Assembly: GCA_040954595.2 (NCBI GenBank)
Contig: CM082591.2
Coordinates: 3,953,957 to 4,017,956 of the forward strand
DNA from: Balanoglossus misakiensis
Taxonomy: Eukaryota > Animalia > Hemichordata
Length of the DNA: 64,000 nucleotides
Direction of reading: 5' to 3'
How positions within the stretch are numbered: position 1 is the stretch's first letter; each line of letters opens with the position of its first letter. The notes under the pieces are model-generated. The model was not told the DNA's origin. It worked only from the letters and a program-made list of their open reading frames with translations, and made no database searches. A program made the position numbers and the translations under genes. This document shows positions 25,367-37,900 of this stretch, piece by piece.

Positions 25367-25506
25367 AGGTTTCTAAACCTACGCTTTCGAATGGCCCTGT
25401 GGTGGCGCACCATTTTCGCGTGTGCCACCAACTGAAAATCAGCGATTGGCTATATTGGAATTTTCCATGGTAATAGTTGGTACATTTGCATAGATGACCG
25501 TAATCC
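25367..25506 (-). mobile_element. MITE family A, inverted degenerate copy
   Basis: gtggcgcaccattttcgcgtgtgccaccaactgaaaatcagcgattggct...ccatggtaa...tgaccgt is the reverse complement of the 20180-20364 core. Confidence 0.6.
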
Positions 25507-27449
25507 ACACAAATCGCCACGTACCACGTCGGGTGTGCACGTAATCCTATTTTCGGTGTCGTTTTGATAAACACTGAAATCCGTAAAAAATATTGTGTAA
25601 ATTAAAAATATCTGATCTCAGCTCAACAGAGAAAACATGAAACATATAAAATATTAGTATGGCATAAATATCAGAATCCAATTGAGACATAGTGAATATT
25701 CATGTATCATAATCTTTGCTAAAAATTCTTATATGGCGTATCACATAAATCATCCCAATGCGCTTGGTAATAAAGAAATTTTAAAAATGACAACATTAAA
25801 AAGAGAAATAAATAATCTAAAGCGTAGTAAAAACGGTTCAACAAACGAGCAAATACGCATACATGTATATATAAAATAATTTAAAAGGGTATACGTATGT
25901 TTTCAAAGCCATATGCATTATAGCTGCCATGTGTGATATTTTACTCCATGAAATACTAATCTCCTACTTATCATTAACACACGGACAACACCATTTTATA
26001 GAGATTCTAACACCCATGTGAACATGCAAATCACGATAGTTGTAAAACTCTTGCAATTTAATGGGCGACTGAATTAACGGTACGTTGCGGTAACTTTTTA
26101 TTATTGGTCATATGACCAAGTAAATGTACAGCCCACTCCATCAGAAGTTGGTTAGCTGGCTTGAACGTGGAGCTGTGATAAAATAACTGTATGGAGCAGA
26201 TGACAAAACGACAGTTGCAGAAAAAAACGACCGCCGAGGGCGGATGCACAATTGAACCATGCCTCGCCCTCCTTGTTATTTGTATAAGTTTATAGACAAT
26301 TCTGTTGGCTATAGCAGTCCTCTGTGGCTTGCATAAATTAAAACAGGTTTTCATCCAATTACAACAACGTTTTTGTTGCAGGGATCCATTGATATAATAT
26401 AATTCTGATGAAACTAGGAATTTTATTTGTCCACCAAACCCCAAACCAGTTGGCGTTGCGTTGTATGCGTTGCTTCTGGTGGTGGGATGGAAGGAAAATC
26501 CGTCGTTGGAGGGCGCAATTTCTTCGACACTTCACCGTCTGGTAGTATTCCACTATACATGTATACAGTGATTTTGGACAACTTTTGCGAATTGAGACAA
26601 GTTGGTCGCAGACTGATACTTATCATAGGAAACACGTCTTTCACCAAGAGAGATGTCCTAACTTTTACCTTTTTCTTTCACCAGTGTAAGTTGAACTCTT
26701 TGTCAATTCTTCCCACGTTCGAATTAAACCTTCGAAAACTTACATATTTTCCCCATTACTGTCAAGCCCAGCTGATTGGAGTCGCGAATAGAGCACGATA
26801 TTAATATACGCCGTGGATAGTAGGCGTGGTATGCGAGAGAATTTCGTGGCGTGTAAGGCGTGGACATGCACGCCGAACGATCTGCGCGCACGCGTCAGAA
26901 AGACTATTGAGTGTAAAGTCAAGCCGGCCCGACTTACTGGCGACACTCAAGTACGCTCCACTATCAATGAAAAGGCACGGCGCCCCTCGATGTAAGGTCA
27001 GACAGGTCGGTCAAAAGTCGTTATGTCATGCCAAGTAATTGCGCTTTAACGCACCATAAACTTCAAGGTTGAGACCACTAGGCTTTACCTTGATAAACAC
27101 AGTTCCTGTAAAAGATTCTTTTTTAAATATTTGACACGATATACGACGCTTCAATTTGATACTATGCAAAGGGAATACATCTTTGAAGAATACAAAGGGA
27201 CTTTAACACAGCGATAATGCTTTTAGATCGAGAAAGACTGTTTCCGTTGATGCGTTTTCCTCGATCAAAGTGCAACTGCTGGAGTGAACATGCCTCGGCA
27301 AGAAGAGCGCGCTTTTGCATTATTTTGGGGTCAGAGTTCAAAAATGGCGCAATGCTTGTCGGGACAACCAATCCAATATGGCCGTGCAAGCTGCTGTGAT
27401 TTGAGGCTATCGCCCGTAGCTCTGAGGCAAGTAGTTCATTTTGCTGTTA

Positions 27450-28300
27450 ATTTTAGGGCATGTTGGCCGCTGTCTGCAGCTAAAAGGGGGAATGGTACCT
27501 CAAGAGGGGTAACCTCGCCGAAATGCGACCGTTTGTTGCAGTGGGCGGCGATTTGAGCCTTCGCGGGGTTGGTATGTGAAAAAGCTTCTTTGTCCGTCAC
27601 CGCATCTTGTCATCAACAGCCAATAGGACGCTCTATGTACGAAAATTACCCTCGCGATTGTATAGCCCTGTACGCACACGGCGATATTGAGCACGTTTCG
27701 CATTATACGCACTTCAAACTCTCTGAATAGCGTGCTAGTATTTTATGTCAGGAAACGCCAGTGTTGCTCGCCATTACGCGTGTCAAATTAGCAGGGAGAC
27801 GCGAATGTCAGTTTGACAGCCACTGTTCCGTCGACGCCGTTCATTTGCAAATCTGCGGGGATAGACAGTTTACATTTCATGAAAATTTAAACAGGCGCTA
27901 TCCACGAGGAAAAACGCGGACGGGTATATTATTTGGGGTTTTAGGGTACATTCCACGGGGTCCGTGAGCGAAATGTACATTTCCGATCGCGAGCGTCCAC
28001 AGCAGAAAATTGTCGGTTTCAGTAGCATGTGCACAGTGGAAACCGAGTAGTGGAGTCGAGGTCATGCGTTTCGTGCGTACAGTACACAACCTCCAGTGTG
28101 TGTGTGCGAAGCCTTGGGCTTGCGCGTCTAATGGTGTGTATTGAATTTTTGCCCATTTGCGCCGCCGCGGCAGCAATGCATCACAATCAGACACCTCATC
28201 AAGCGCCCACAGTTCAGGTGTATATAAAAAGTAACGGTAGTTGGAAATTAGAATCTGATCGAAATCGGATATGTGGGGCAGCGATCGTTTGACAGCGAAA
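27450..28300 (+). promoter_or_regulatory. CpG-rich region, probable promoter and non-coding first exon of the PRDM-like gene
   Basis: Local CpG enrichment, CCAAT at ~27620 and a possible donor cag|gtgtat near 28217. The PRDM ATG exon begins with an acceptor at 34696, so an upstream exon is required. Confidence 0.4.
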
Positions 28301-29758
28301 TTGAACCGTGGGGGTAAGGCGAGAAATGCGCCCAGCCTAGCCTTTCATGATGGCCGTGCTGTATGGGGTTTCAGGGCTCACCCAGTACACTGCATACAGA
28401 ACAACACGGGGAGCAAACACGGGCCACAGATCATTGTATTAGTCAGCAACTGAAAGGAATTCGTGCGCCAAATATATCTCCGAAGCCAGTGGCCTAACTG
28501 AAACCATAAAATTACTAATAATTAGCATAATTTATGCAACTAGAGCATTGTTTATGCCTGTCAGTGCTTCTGTAGTGTGCGATACCGCCTTCTGTTTTGT
28601 ATGCTGTTGTTTTCTGTGCTTTTTGGGAGACCAAAATGACGAATTTCTGATCCAAGGAGAGTGTAAGATTACAGTGACTTCATTTCTTGTCTTAGACTCC
28701 GCCATTGCTAAATGTGCTATTTTTCAACAAGTACGAGATATAAAAACACAGCAAGTGACCTAGAAATACATTTGCGTAAACGTAAATCTGAAATTGAATT
28801 AGTGTGGAGTTGAAATGTCACGGTCTTGACAAGTGCTTATTCTCTCGAGTCCATTCTCTGGAAACGAAAAAACAATAGGGTCCAACCAATGTACACAGGT
28901 TATAGGTCAACACTTGAACCATGCAGTCCTACATATGGCTGTCGGTTCGCTGTTGATACTCATACACACACACACACACACACACAAGAAAATCACATTT
29001 TTTACGTTATGAAGAAATACTCCCACTGAGCCATACTGTTATTTGCTGTATATATCGATGTCAATTACCACTTCTTGCAACATTCTGAAAATTAAATTAT
29101 CTGATTATCTGGAGTGAGGTGTTCATATGAAGATGTCTGTCATCACCAAATCATGAATAACTCTCTCCTTTCACTGAATGTAAAAAACATGGCCTAGTTA
29201 TCGGTCATTCAGAGAATAGCGCACGTGGGAGACTCGGCCATGGAAGCAACACAGTATGCTGACCTAATTTTCTCGGCAAATAACTTCCATTATTGTGATG
29301 CTGTCGTGTTGTGCCTGCAACCAGATTGAAAGACAGAGCTCTGATGACTGACAGTGCAATGTTTGAGGAGTGAACTTGGTATAGTCAGTGGTTAAAGGGA
29401 CAAAGTCTCTCTCTCTCGCTGCCCCTTTTTCCATGTTTGATACAAGACACCGTTTATGTTATTCTACATGTGGATATATAGTGACTCAACGTTCAACCAC
29501 ACACACCTTCCATCCCGCTTGTAGACATGAGAGTGAAAAAAATCGGCAAAATGAATAATTGGTCTCTACCATTTATTCATTTTGAGCGAGTTTTTACTCT
29601 CATATGTACAGTTGTAGTTGTAGTAAAGTACATGTGTACCTTCAGTCAATGGGAAATTTTATAGCCATTTGAGAGAACAAATATTTACTAAATTTGACTG
29701 AAGATCAAGCATCCTTGACCTAGGCTATTATATTTCAGTCATTGTAGTCCTAAGTTAA

Positions 29759-29844
29759 CCCTCTCATCACCTGTTTTCCTGTGTAGTGGTCCAACTTAGA
29801 GTTAGAAAGCAATGAATTCGGACCAAACCACGGTTGTGAGAGGG
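29759..29844 (-). mobile_element. Mini piggyBac-like MITE (TTAA-CCCT...AGGG-TTAA)
   Basis: TIR ccctctca...tgagaggg with TTAA on both sides. The core ggaccaaacca is shared, inverted, with 41063-41146 and 51091-51169, and direct with ~9505-9578. Confidence 0.65.
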
Positions 29845-31373
29845 TTAACTAAATTAACATTTCCTCATAAAAGATCTCTGTTTATATAAACTGATGCAAC
29901 TTTCTGACATGCTATAAGATAACATGTTTGAAAATTGCATTATTATTTGCGCAGTTAATTGCCCGGAAAGCGTAAGCATTGGAAATCCGTCTACACCAAC
30001 TTACCAGCAACAAATCTCACAAGTCTGAAATTAAAATGATAGCATTACTACCAGCATATATCTGTATTCAGCTGGTATGGTTTTAATAGTGAGGTGCAAA
30101 TTTCTTATATCAATGTATATGTACATCATAGTTCATACACAATTTGTGATGTTTTTGTGTGGGATGGTGGTGCTCATTGTTGACAGAGAGGGCACTCTTC
30201 CCACTGGCTTCACCCAGAGCATAGAATTCACGGAATTCATATTTAAATGACCTGTAGTAAAACTAAAACGGGAAATTTTTGCGATGTCAACAGAGGTGGC
30301 TAATTTTCTGAGGAGGCATTTTCCGTGCAGAATCAGTCCAAAATAGAATGAGAGAAAATGTATGTTGATTACTGTACTTTACTTTACAATATAAAAATCC
30401 AGAATAACTGTTTATTTGTGACTTTAAGTCGTCTGTTATTATGCTTGTGTTATACAGGCATTGTAATAGACAGCCAGTGTTGATGTGCCATGGATCAGTT
30501 GTTATGAGATGATTGTCTCTGTGACACTGTGTTATCTATTGTCAAGCCGTCCAGTTCCACATTGACAATCTGATCACTCTCTCAATCTCTGTCCTTCTCT
30601 GTCTGTCTGTCTCTCAGAAACAGAAACAAACGATGCCATTTGCATGTTAATAACCCATCTTTGATGCTCAGATTGGCCCTGGGGGCATTTCCATGGCAAC
30701 GCTTCCTGCAGATTGTTTGGAGTGATGGCCAATTCTGTATCATTAAGCTTCTTTGACTGTTCTGCCCCGTCCCCCTTAATGAAATGAAGCAGATTTTCTG
30801 TTGATGCCATTAAGGTGGTTGGTTCTCATATCAAAGGGCTCACCCTTACTACCAGCTAATTAGCCTGCAATCATTTCCTTGAAATGTTAATTTAATTACG
30901 TGATAATTACGCCCACCCAGGTAGATGTAGATTTGATCTCTGGCAGCCTGTTGGCCTTTTAGCAGTCATCCAGTATGGCAGTTATTGCCAAATCAAGCCA
31001 GTTGTTAGACTGGGAAATCCTGGATTGAGCTTGTCATTCAAATGCTGCATGCAATTATCAGCAAATTAGGGTGTCATTATAAAATCACTGACAACTTAGG
31101 TGGCTATTTTTGCCACTCATTGCCGAATAAATAGGGAGTAATTTCTGCTAATCAATCAACTAGGCTGCATTCTGCTAATTCCAAGGGATTTCTTCATTAT
31201 ACACACAAATATTGCTTGACTTGTTTTTCGCGTCGCAGTCTTTTTTTGGCCTTTGACTTGACCTCCATTGATTGCAATGCGTAGGTTACAGGTCAGCACC
31301 CATGGGCACGCATCTACATTTTGAGTATGGATTTGAAATGCCACTCACGCACTGCAGGCTAGACGGACATTAA

Positions 31374-31679
31374 GGCAGTGTGTGCCTCGAAAATCTTCAT
31401 CTTTTTCTCTTTTTTTTTGGTCAAGGCAACTTTAGATTAGCCTCTTTTAAAATTGAGAAAAGAAATTGGGGCTCACCGTGCGGAATTTTTAATGAGACAA
31501 CAAAATTTGTCTGAAATTTGAAATTCAAAATGGCCGACGTATCTGCGTTAACTGTACATGGAGAAAATTTGCCGTTTCATTCTTTGTTTTCAAAAAGACT
31601 TCTTTCATACTTTATTATAGGAAATAATTGTAAAGTTTGGAGGACTCTCATTTTTCTGAAAATCTGTCCCCTGAGGTAC
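31374..31679 (+). mobile_element. Degenerate TTAA-flanked DNA-transposon derivative (same family as 5960-6230)
   Basis: TTAA at both ends. Shares ttcaaaatggccg and gcctcgaaaatc blocks with other copies in the window. Confidence 0.5.
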
Positions 31680-34600
31680 TTAATGGAGTCAACCAAATTT
31701 TGGAGTTTTCTACTTTTTTTATCGACTGATGGATCATCTGAATTTTGAGTTTTCGTTAATTTATCAATGGCTGTTATTTTTAAACAAGGCTGTGATGTTG
31801 ATATGTAACTCAAGATGTCTGCCATCACGGGTCACCAGTTATGAAGAATATAACCTTCTTCGGATATTGAAGTTCATCTTACATAAAATAACATGATACC
31901 CCATGCCTACATCCTGTATTTGTGACTCTGTGATAACATGCCATGGTATTTTTTAATTTGGAATCTGACAATGGTACCATGATACTAAGAGTGCAATGGA
32001 ACTTTCCATGTTGATTACATGGAATCAGGTGATAGATAATATTTCTTCTGTTGGGTGGGTCATTTTCAGGACAGCGATATAATTGAACTTGTAAAGTAAA
32101 AATCGCGCTTTGCAAGCAAATGCCCACAAGTTCACCATTTAGCGAAGGCACAAATTCATGTATATGTGTCAGGCGTGGCCACATTTATCATTTTTGTCAC
32201 AAAATAAAAATCGTTTTAATGCTCGTCTCAGGGAAACGTGGAAAATGACAATAACTCTTTCTAATCATTGTCGTAAAAATCGCTCCTGTGTTGCTAACCT
32301 TCGACCCCCAATTTCAAACAGATAGATATTGTTTTGTCTTACTCTAGTCTCCAACATGCACAGGTGTTGGGATACTGTTTGTGGTTATCGCTGAGATTTT
32401 ATGAGGAAATTATGTATTTCCACTTCATTGAATGGAAATGTGATCCCTCATTGTTCAGGTATGGCAACACTTGTAAAATTGTCTATATTTTATGATTAAT
32501 CATTTCTGGCATTAGCCATCATGTACAGCTGATACGCTCGGTTGAATTCCGACTCCTGCGTTAAGTACGGTAACACAAATGCATTATATCCATGATTTTG
32601 TAAATTTACATCTCCAATTCTGTCTTGAGATGATAGGAGACATTCTGAAGATTGCCAGCTAAGCACTTGTTGCCATGGAAATGAGTAACCTTTCGTACTC
32701 TATTCACCTGCCTGTGCCACTGATTGCTGTGAGCAGCGGCCATTTTGAAAAAAAAATGATTATCTTTAATATTTTTACCTTTTTACATGTCTATGAAAAT
32801 AGCACTTAAGATTTCACAATTTGTGTATTGAGTGATATTTAAGAGAGGTTTTAGTGCATTCCACGACAGTGTTAAGTTTGACAGATTTCTTGCAGATTTT
32901 GTTTTATGTTTTATCAATAGCTAAAATAAATAGGATTTTTATGCTGAATTATTGTCCTATACAGAAAAATAAGAAAAATAGCCACAGTTGAACAGATAGG
33001 AAAAAATGCCTGTAGATCATATACCCAATCAAAAATTTACAATAATGTAATAAGCTACCTGTATCTTTGCTTAAGTGGAAACTTTAGTCTTGTCATCTGC
33101 TGTGATGTCACTATTACAAAGCTGGAAAAGTGACCTCATCCTAAAACCAGGGATGCTATGAATGTGTCGTATTCACCTTCTTATTTGAGTAAAACTCAAG
33201 TTTGTTTTATACAGTAAATGTTTCGGCGTGCATCTTGCAAGTGGAAAGGGCCATGAGCTATAACTTTTGAGTTTATGAATACTGAACTCGGAGCATAAAA
33301 AAATAATTGTAGTACAGTGCATTAACAGAAATGGAACGACAGTGTACACGCGTCTGAATGTGGATTATCTAGGGTTGTGCGTTTCCGAGAATTTTCCTGG
33401 AAAACTGACTAGGTCTATTTTAAGTGTGGCAGCCATACAATCTCCTGGTAGTCATCAGAAAAATATCATGTAATCATGTTTCTATAATGCTATAATATAT
33501 ATTATTTGTACAGCATGGTTTCTGCAAATTATCTGGAAGTGTGTACTGGCATGTGAATTTCAAATATTCGAAAGTAGGTCATTACTAATTGCAAATAGAT
33601 AATTTGTTTTATTAATTTGAAAGAATTAATTTGTTGATTAATTTTATTTGTAATAATTTGTGGTTTCATGATAACAGTGTTTATGCAAATTATAAAGGCT
33701 AGTTGGAAAACCGATAAATCATATTTTAATTTTTTGTTGTAGTTGTGAGTATTAATAGAATTAAGTATAGATCAGCAGTGTTGATCATAGTGATTTTATC
33801 TGCATATTGATATCAGTCGATGATTCTAATCAATTCTGGCATTTACAGTCGGACTGCTGTCCCCTTCACCGCGCATCCGTAGGAATAATGCCCAGTGTGA
33901 AAATGTCACAAAAGTGTGTTGCCGTGGCAACCGACCAGAAAGTAATTTTTTGTCGTCGTATACCCCGCCTGCACGTACACTTTAATCAAGATCCGTTGGT
34001 GGAGGCGACCTTTTGTGTCTGTTGCTGACGTGAGGCATGCGTGTTGTGTGTGGAGGCTTTCCGTGATGCCTCTTTTCCTGCTTCTTGTACTCTTCCCAAC
34101 CTCATTAAAGTATTTATGTGTAGTATTCCGGGAAAAGGGCAGGCGAGATCAGGCGTTTTATCATGCCACTTTCCCGCCGTGACTCAGACAAATAAATATA
34201 GACACGTTATTGATGCGTGTAAATGCAGGTATTGATGTACGTGGATTTTCACATTTCAATCGTCAATATTGCGCCTTTGTCGATAGAATCCCATTTAGTT
34301 GTGTAGTAATACTGCGTGAAATTTGAATGTTCCTACTGTGTGCATGCACGTGTGTATGCACGTGTGTATGTGTCTGTCTGTCTGTCTGTCTTGTGTGTAC
34401 GTCTTGCTTCTTTAGATGACTAATATAAATATGAATATTAAATATAACATTTACATTTTCAACATGTATTATTGCAAAAGCCACTTTTTGGTTGTAAGAA
34501 CACCTCCACCAAAATGCAAGGGTGCCCATCTTTTTAGAATGGTCAGTAGCCATTATAGTCATGGACAATGATTTCTGTATCAGCAATGGTTTCTTATCTT

Positions 34601-34910
34601 GTTCAACTGCCATGAACATATCATATAGTAATTTTGAAAATCACCATTTATGTGTTTTCATATACACTTACCTTCTCTTTTCTGTTTTCTCTTCAGGTCC
34701 AGATATTTTAGAAGGCAGAAATAGATAAGAGACTACATTTATTGTGTGTTTTAAAGTCCTTGTGAAGAGCCTGTTCTTTTAAATGAAGAAGACTGCGGCT
34801 GCTTGAACGTGGCAATAGACAAGGGACAGAGAATGATCTCCTGAGGATTTTGCTCGTCTTCCAACAACAGCTTATGTGGGAACGTCCATGGCTTCCAGTT
34901 GGGCTGTAGA

Positions 34911-37900
34911 ATGAACACAAATGATAGGTTCTTCTCCGATTGGACCAGCTCCACGTCGAATCACTCCCGGTCGCAGAACTCCCACAACATGAACCCGCAC
35001 ACCAACTTCAACCAGTCCAGCATGTACCCGCTGGGGTCGCAGTGGAACATGACCTCGCCGCACGGCCAGGGGAATATGCCGGGGAGTAATCCCATGTCGT
35101 CGCGGATGCTGAACTCGGGACTGCAGCACGGGCTGGGACTCTCCTACAACCCCATCATGCCGTACCCGAACACGTCCAACAGCGGCTACCCCACCATGCA
35201 CCCGTCGATGAACCTGCCCAGCGGCGGCAGCCAGAACCAGTTCGGGATGACGGAGACCGTGCAGCGGGGGCGGGACGTGATACCCAGCTTCCCCTCCATG
35301 ACGTCCACCCACTCGCCGTACCTGAGCCAGAACGACTCCAGCACCATGCCCGAGTACGGCGCCTACCGCTACAACAGCGCCTCGGACCCCCTCAACACGA
35401 ACCGGCTGATGCACTCGGAGTTCATGACGTCGGAGAGGCGGAGCCTCAGCCGGACCGGGAGCAACACGTCGGCGCTGGATCCGTCGGCACAGATGAGCTT
35501 CCCGCTGGAGCAGTCGCAGATCAGCAGCGGAAGCCGGAGCCACCTGAGTGCCGATACCGGGTTCATGTCGCGCAGCCAACAGGCGTTTGATCTGCCGACT
35601 CGCTCCGAGGGGATGGCTTTCGCGAGGTCAGACTACAGTAGTCACATGAGCGCTGCGGGGAGAAGTTTCGGCGGCCTGGCCCACGCCAGCTCGCGGCAGA
35701 CCGAGATCCCGATGACCTATGCCCCCACGACGGGCAGGAGCGCCGCCAGTGTCGCGTCCTCGTCCATGGAGAAATCAATGACGTCGAACCAGTCGTTCTG
35801 GAGCGCCCAGCCCGCGAACACTCCAACGTTGCCAGTCACAGAGACGACGATGAGCAGCCAGAGGGACAAAACGCCGTACTTTCCCGTCACTCAGTCCCTG
35901 CCAGGCTCGGCTCCCGTTCCCCGGGGAGGAGGCTACGGCGGCGGCAGCAGCTACGCCGCGAACAGAACAGCGGGGCAGGGCAGCGGCAGCAACGTCGCCT
36001 CACCGCAGAGCTCCTACGGCAACACGCCATCCATGGCCGCGAGCGCCGTCGTGACAACGGCCTCGTCCTACACCACCACGTCCTCCGCGCGGTCGCAGGC
36101 GGCGTACTCCCACATGTCGCCCGCGACGACCTCGGCGCCCTCGACGCCGCTGGGCTCGGCTCCCCCGACGACGTCCGCCAGCTCCATCATGCCCAGCAGC
36201 AAACCGCCGACGGAGCAAGACTCCACCTCCATGCCGGGCAGCAACCAGTCGTACAGCATGGCGCCCCGAACCCCGGCCACTCCCTCCTTTACATCCGGCT
36301 ACTCGCCGACGTTCACGACGGCGACGACCGCGACCACCACGATGTCGCCGTACACAGCCCCGCGGTCGAACGACTCCGTGACGTCCGGCAACTACCGGGG
36401 ACCGAGCAGCGTCCAGAGCACGGCGTCGAACCACTCCGCAGCGATCAAACAGAAAACGCCCCAGGTGAACACCAGCCCGCTGCAAGACACCCACGTCTCC
36501 GACGGCATCAAAGCAGCTGACATCCCCATGCACACGGAAATACTGAAACAGCAAGCGACGCCGGAAAAGATGAGCCCGGACGACGGCGCGAGCGGCCTCC
36601 CGCCGTTCACCGACGTGATCCAGACTCTGGAGAGCACGATCAGCAGACTGCCGCAGGCGAGCCCGGGACAGTCCAGCGAGATCCAGCAGGCCATGCGACA
36701 GTTGAAGTTGCTGATGAGCGTGCACAGCATGATGGACACTGCACTGAAGGATGACGGCAGCATCCAACAGGAACAGAGCAGCACGGATAAACGAGAGGCG
36801 CAGAGCAGCAGCGAGAACAGCGAAGACGAACAAAGAGAAGAAATGCTCTTCAAAGAGGTGGGTACTAAAAAATACAAAATATCTGCAATCTGCATCTGGT
36901 GAATAAAGCCGAGATAAGTGCTATAATCTATTTAAACTAACCTCTGTGCCTCTTGCTCCTGCAGGGTGTTCGAAGACCGGTAGACCTTCCGAGAGAACTT
37001 ACACTGAAAATCGACGAACAGCTGCAGATCAGCGTGTGGGCCAAACAGGAGATACCAATGGACACCGAGTTTGGACCCTACCAAGGAAGACTTACCACCA
37101 AGTTTTTGCCGACCGACACCAGGGATAAGTGGCTGGTAAGTGCATGTGTTTCTTTTGATTCGGTGCAACGTTTGCAGTGTTGAAATATTTATATATGTTC
37201 TAGCAGTATGTATATCCCTGTACTTGGCTTCCTATGCTCATGTAGAATTCTTGGCATGTTCTTGAAAACTCCAGGAAAATTCTGCAAAAAAAATCAGAAA
37301 AGGATTCAGTCACCTATGCTGCCATGTTGTAAATCACAGTGAAAAATATCAATAGATTAGATGGTAATTGTCTTGTTTATTTTCTTTTCTCAGGTGATGG
37401 GTCCCGACTACAACTCGCTTGCATTGTTGCAACCTCTAGACGACCTTGAAGCAGAACTGCCTCCCAATTGGCTGCGCTACATCAGTCCAGCTTCCTCGTA
37501 TCAAGATCAGAACTGTATGCTGGTTAAAACGGAGAATACAAGGTGATTACTGCAGCATTGTGAATAATCAGAACTTGTTATTCATTGAAAATTCCCAGTA
37601 GTTGTGATATTGTGTGTTGTTCCAAGGCCCATAGCAAATGTATATCTGGGCATGAATTTTATTGAAATGGCCACTGAGGGCGCTATTCGGACCTCTCTGT
37701 GAAAAAAACCCTCATGAATTACCATGTTTTTAGTAGTTTCATAATTTTATTTGTATTTTTAAAATGTTTTCCTGTTTTTTTGTTTACTTTTTTATTTTTT
37801 TTTACTATTTGTTGATTGTAATGCTGTATGGCGTTTACCAGTCATTTCAGTTTTTCAGTTCTTTTACTATTTTTATTTTAAAATTTATTTGTTTGTATCA

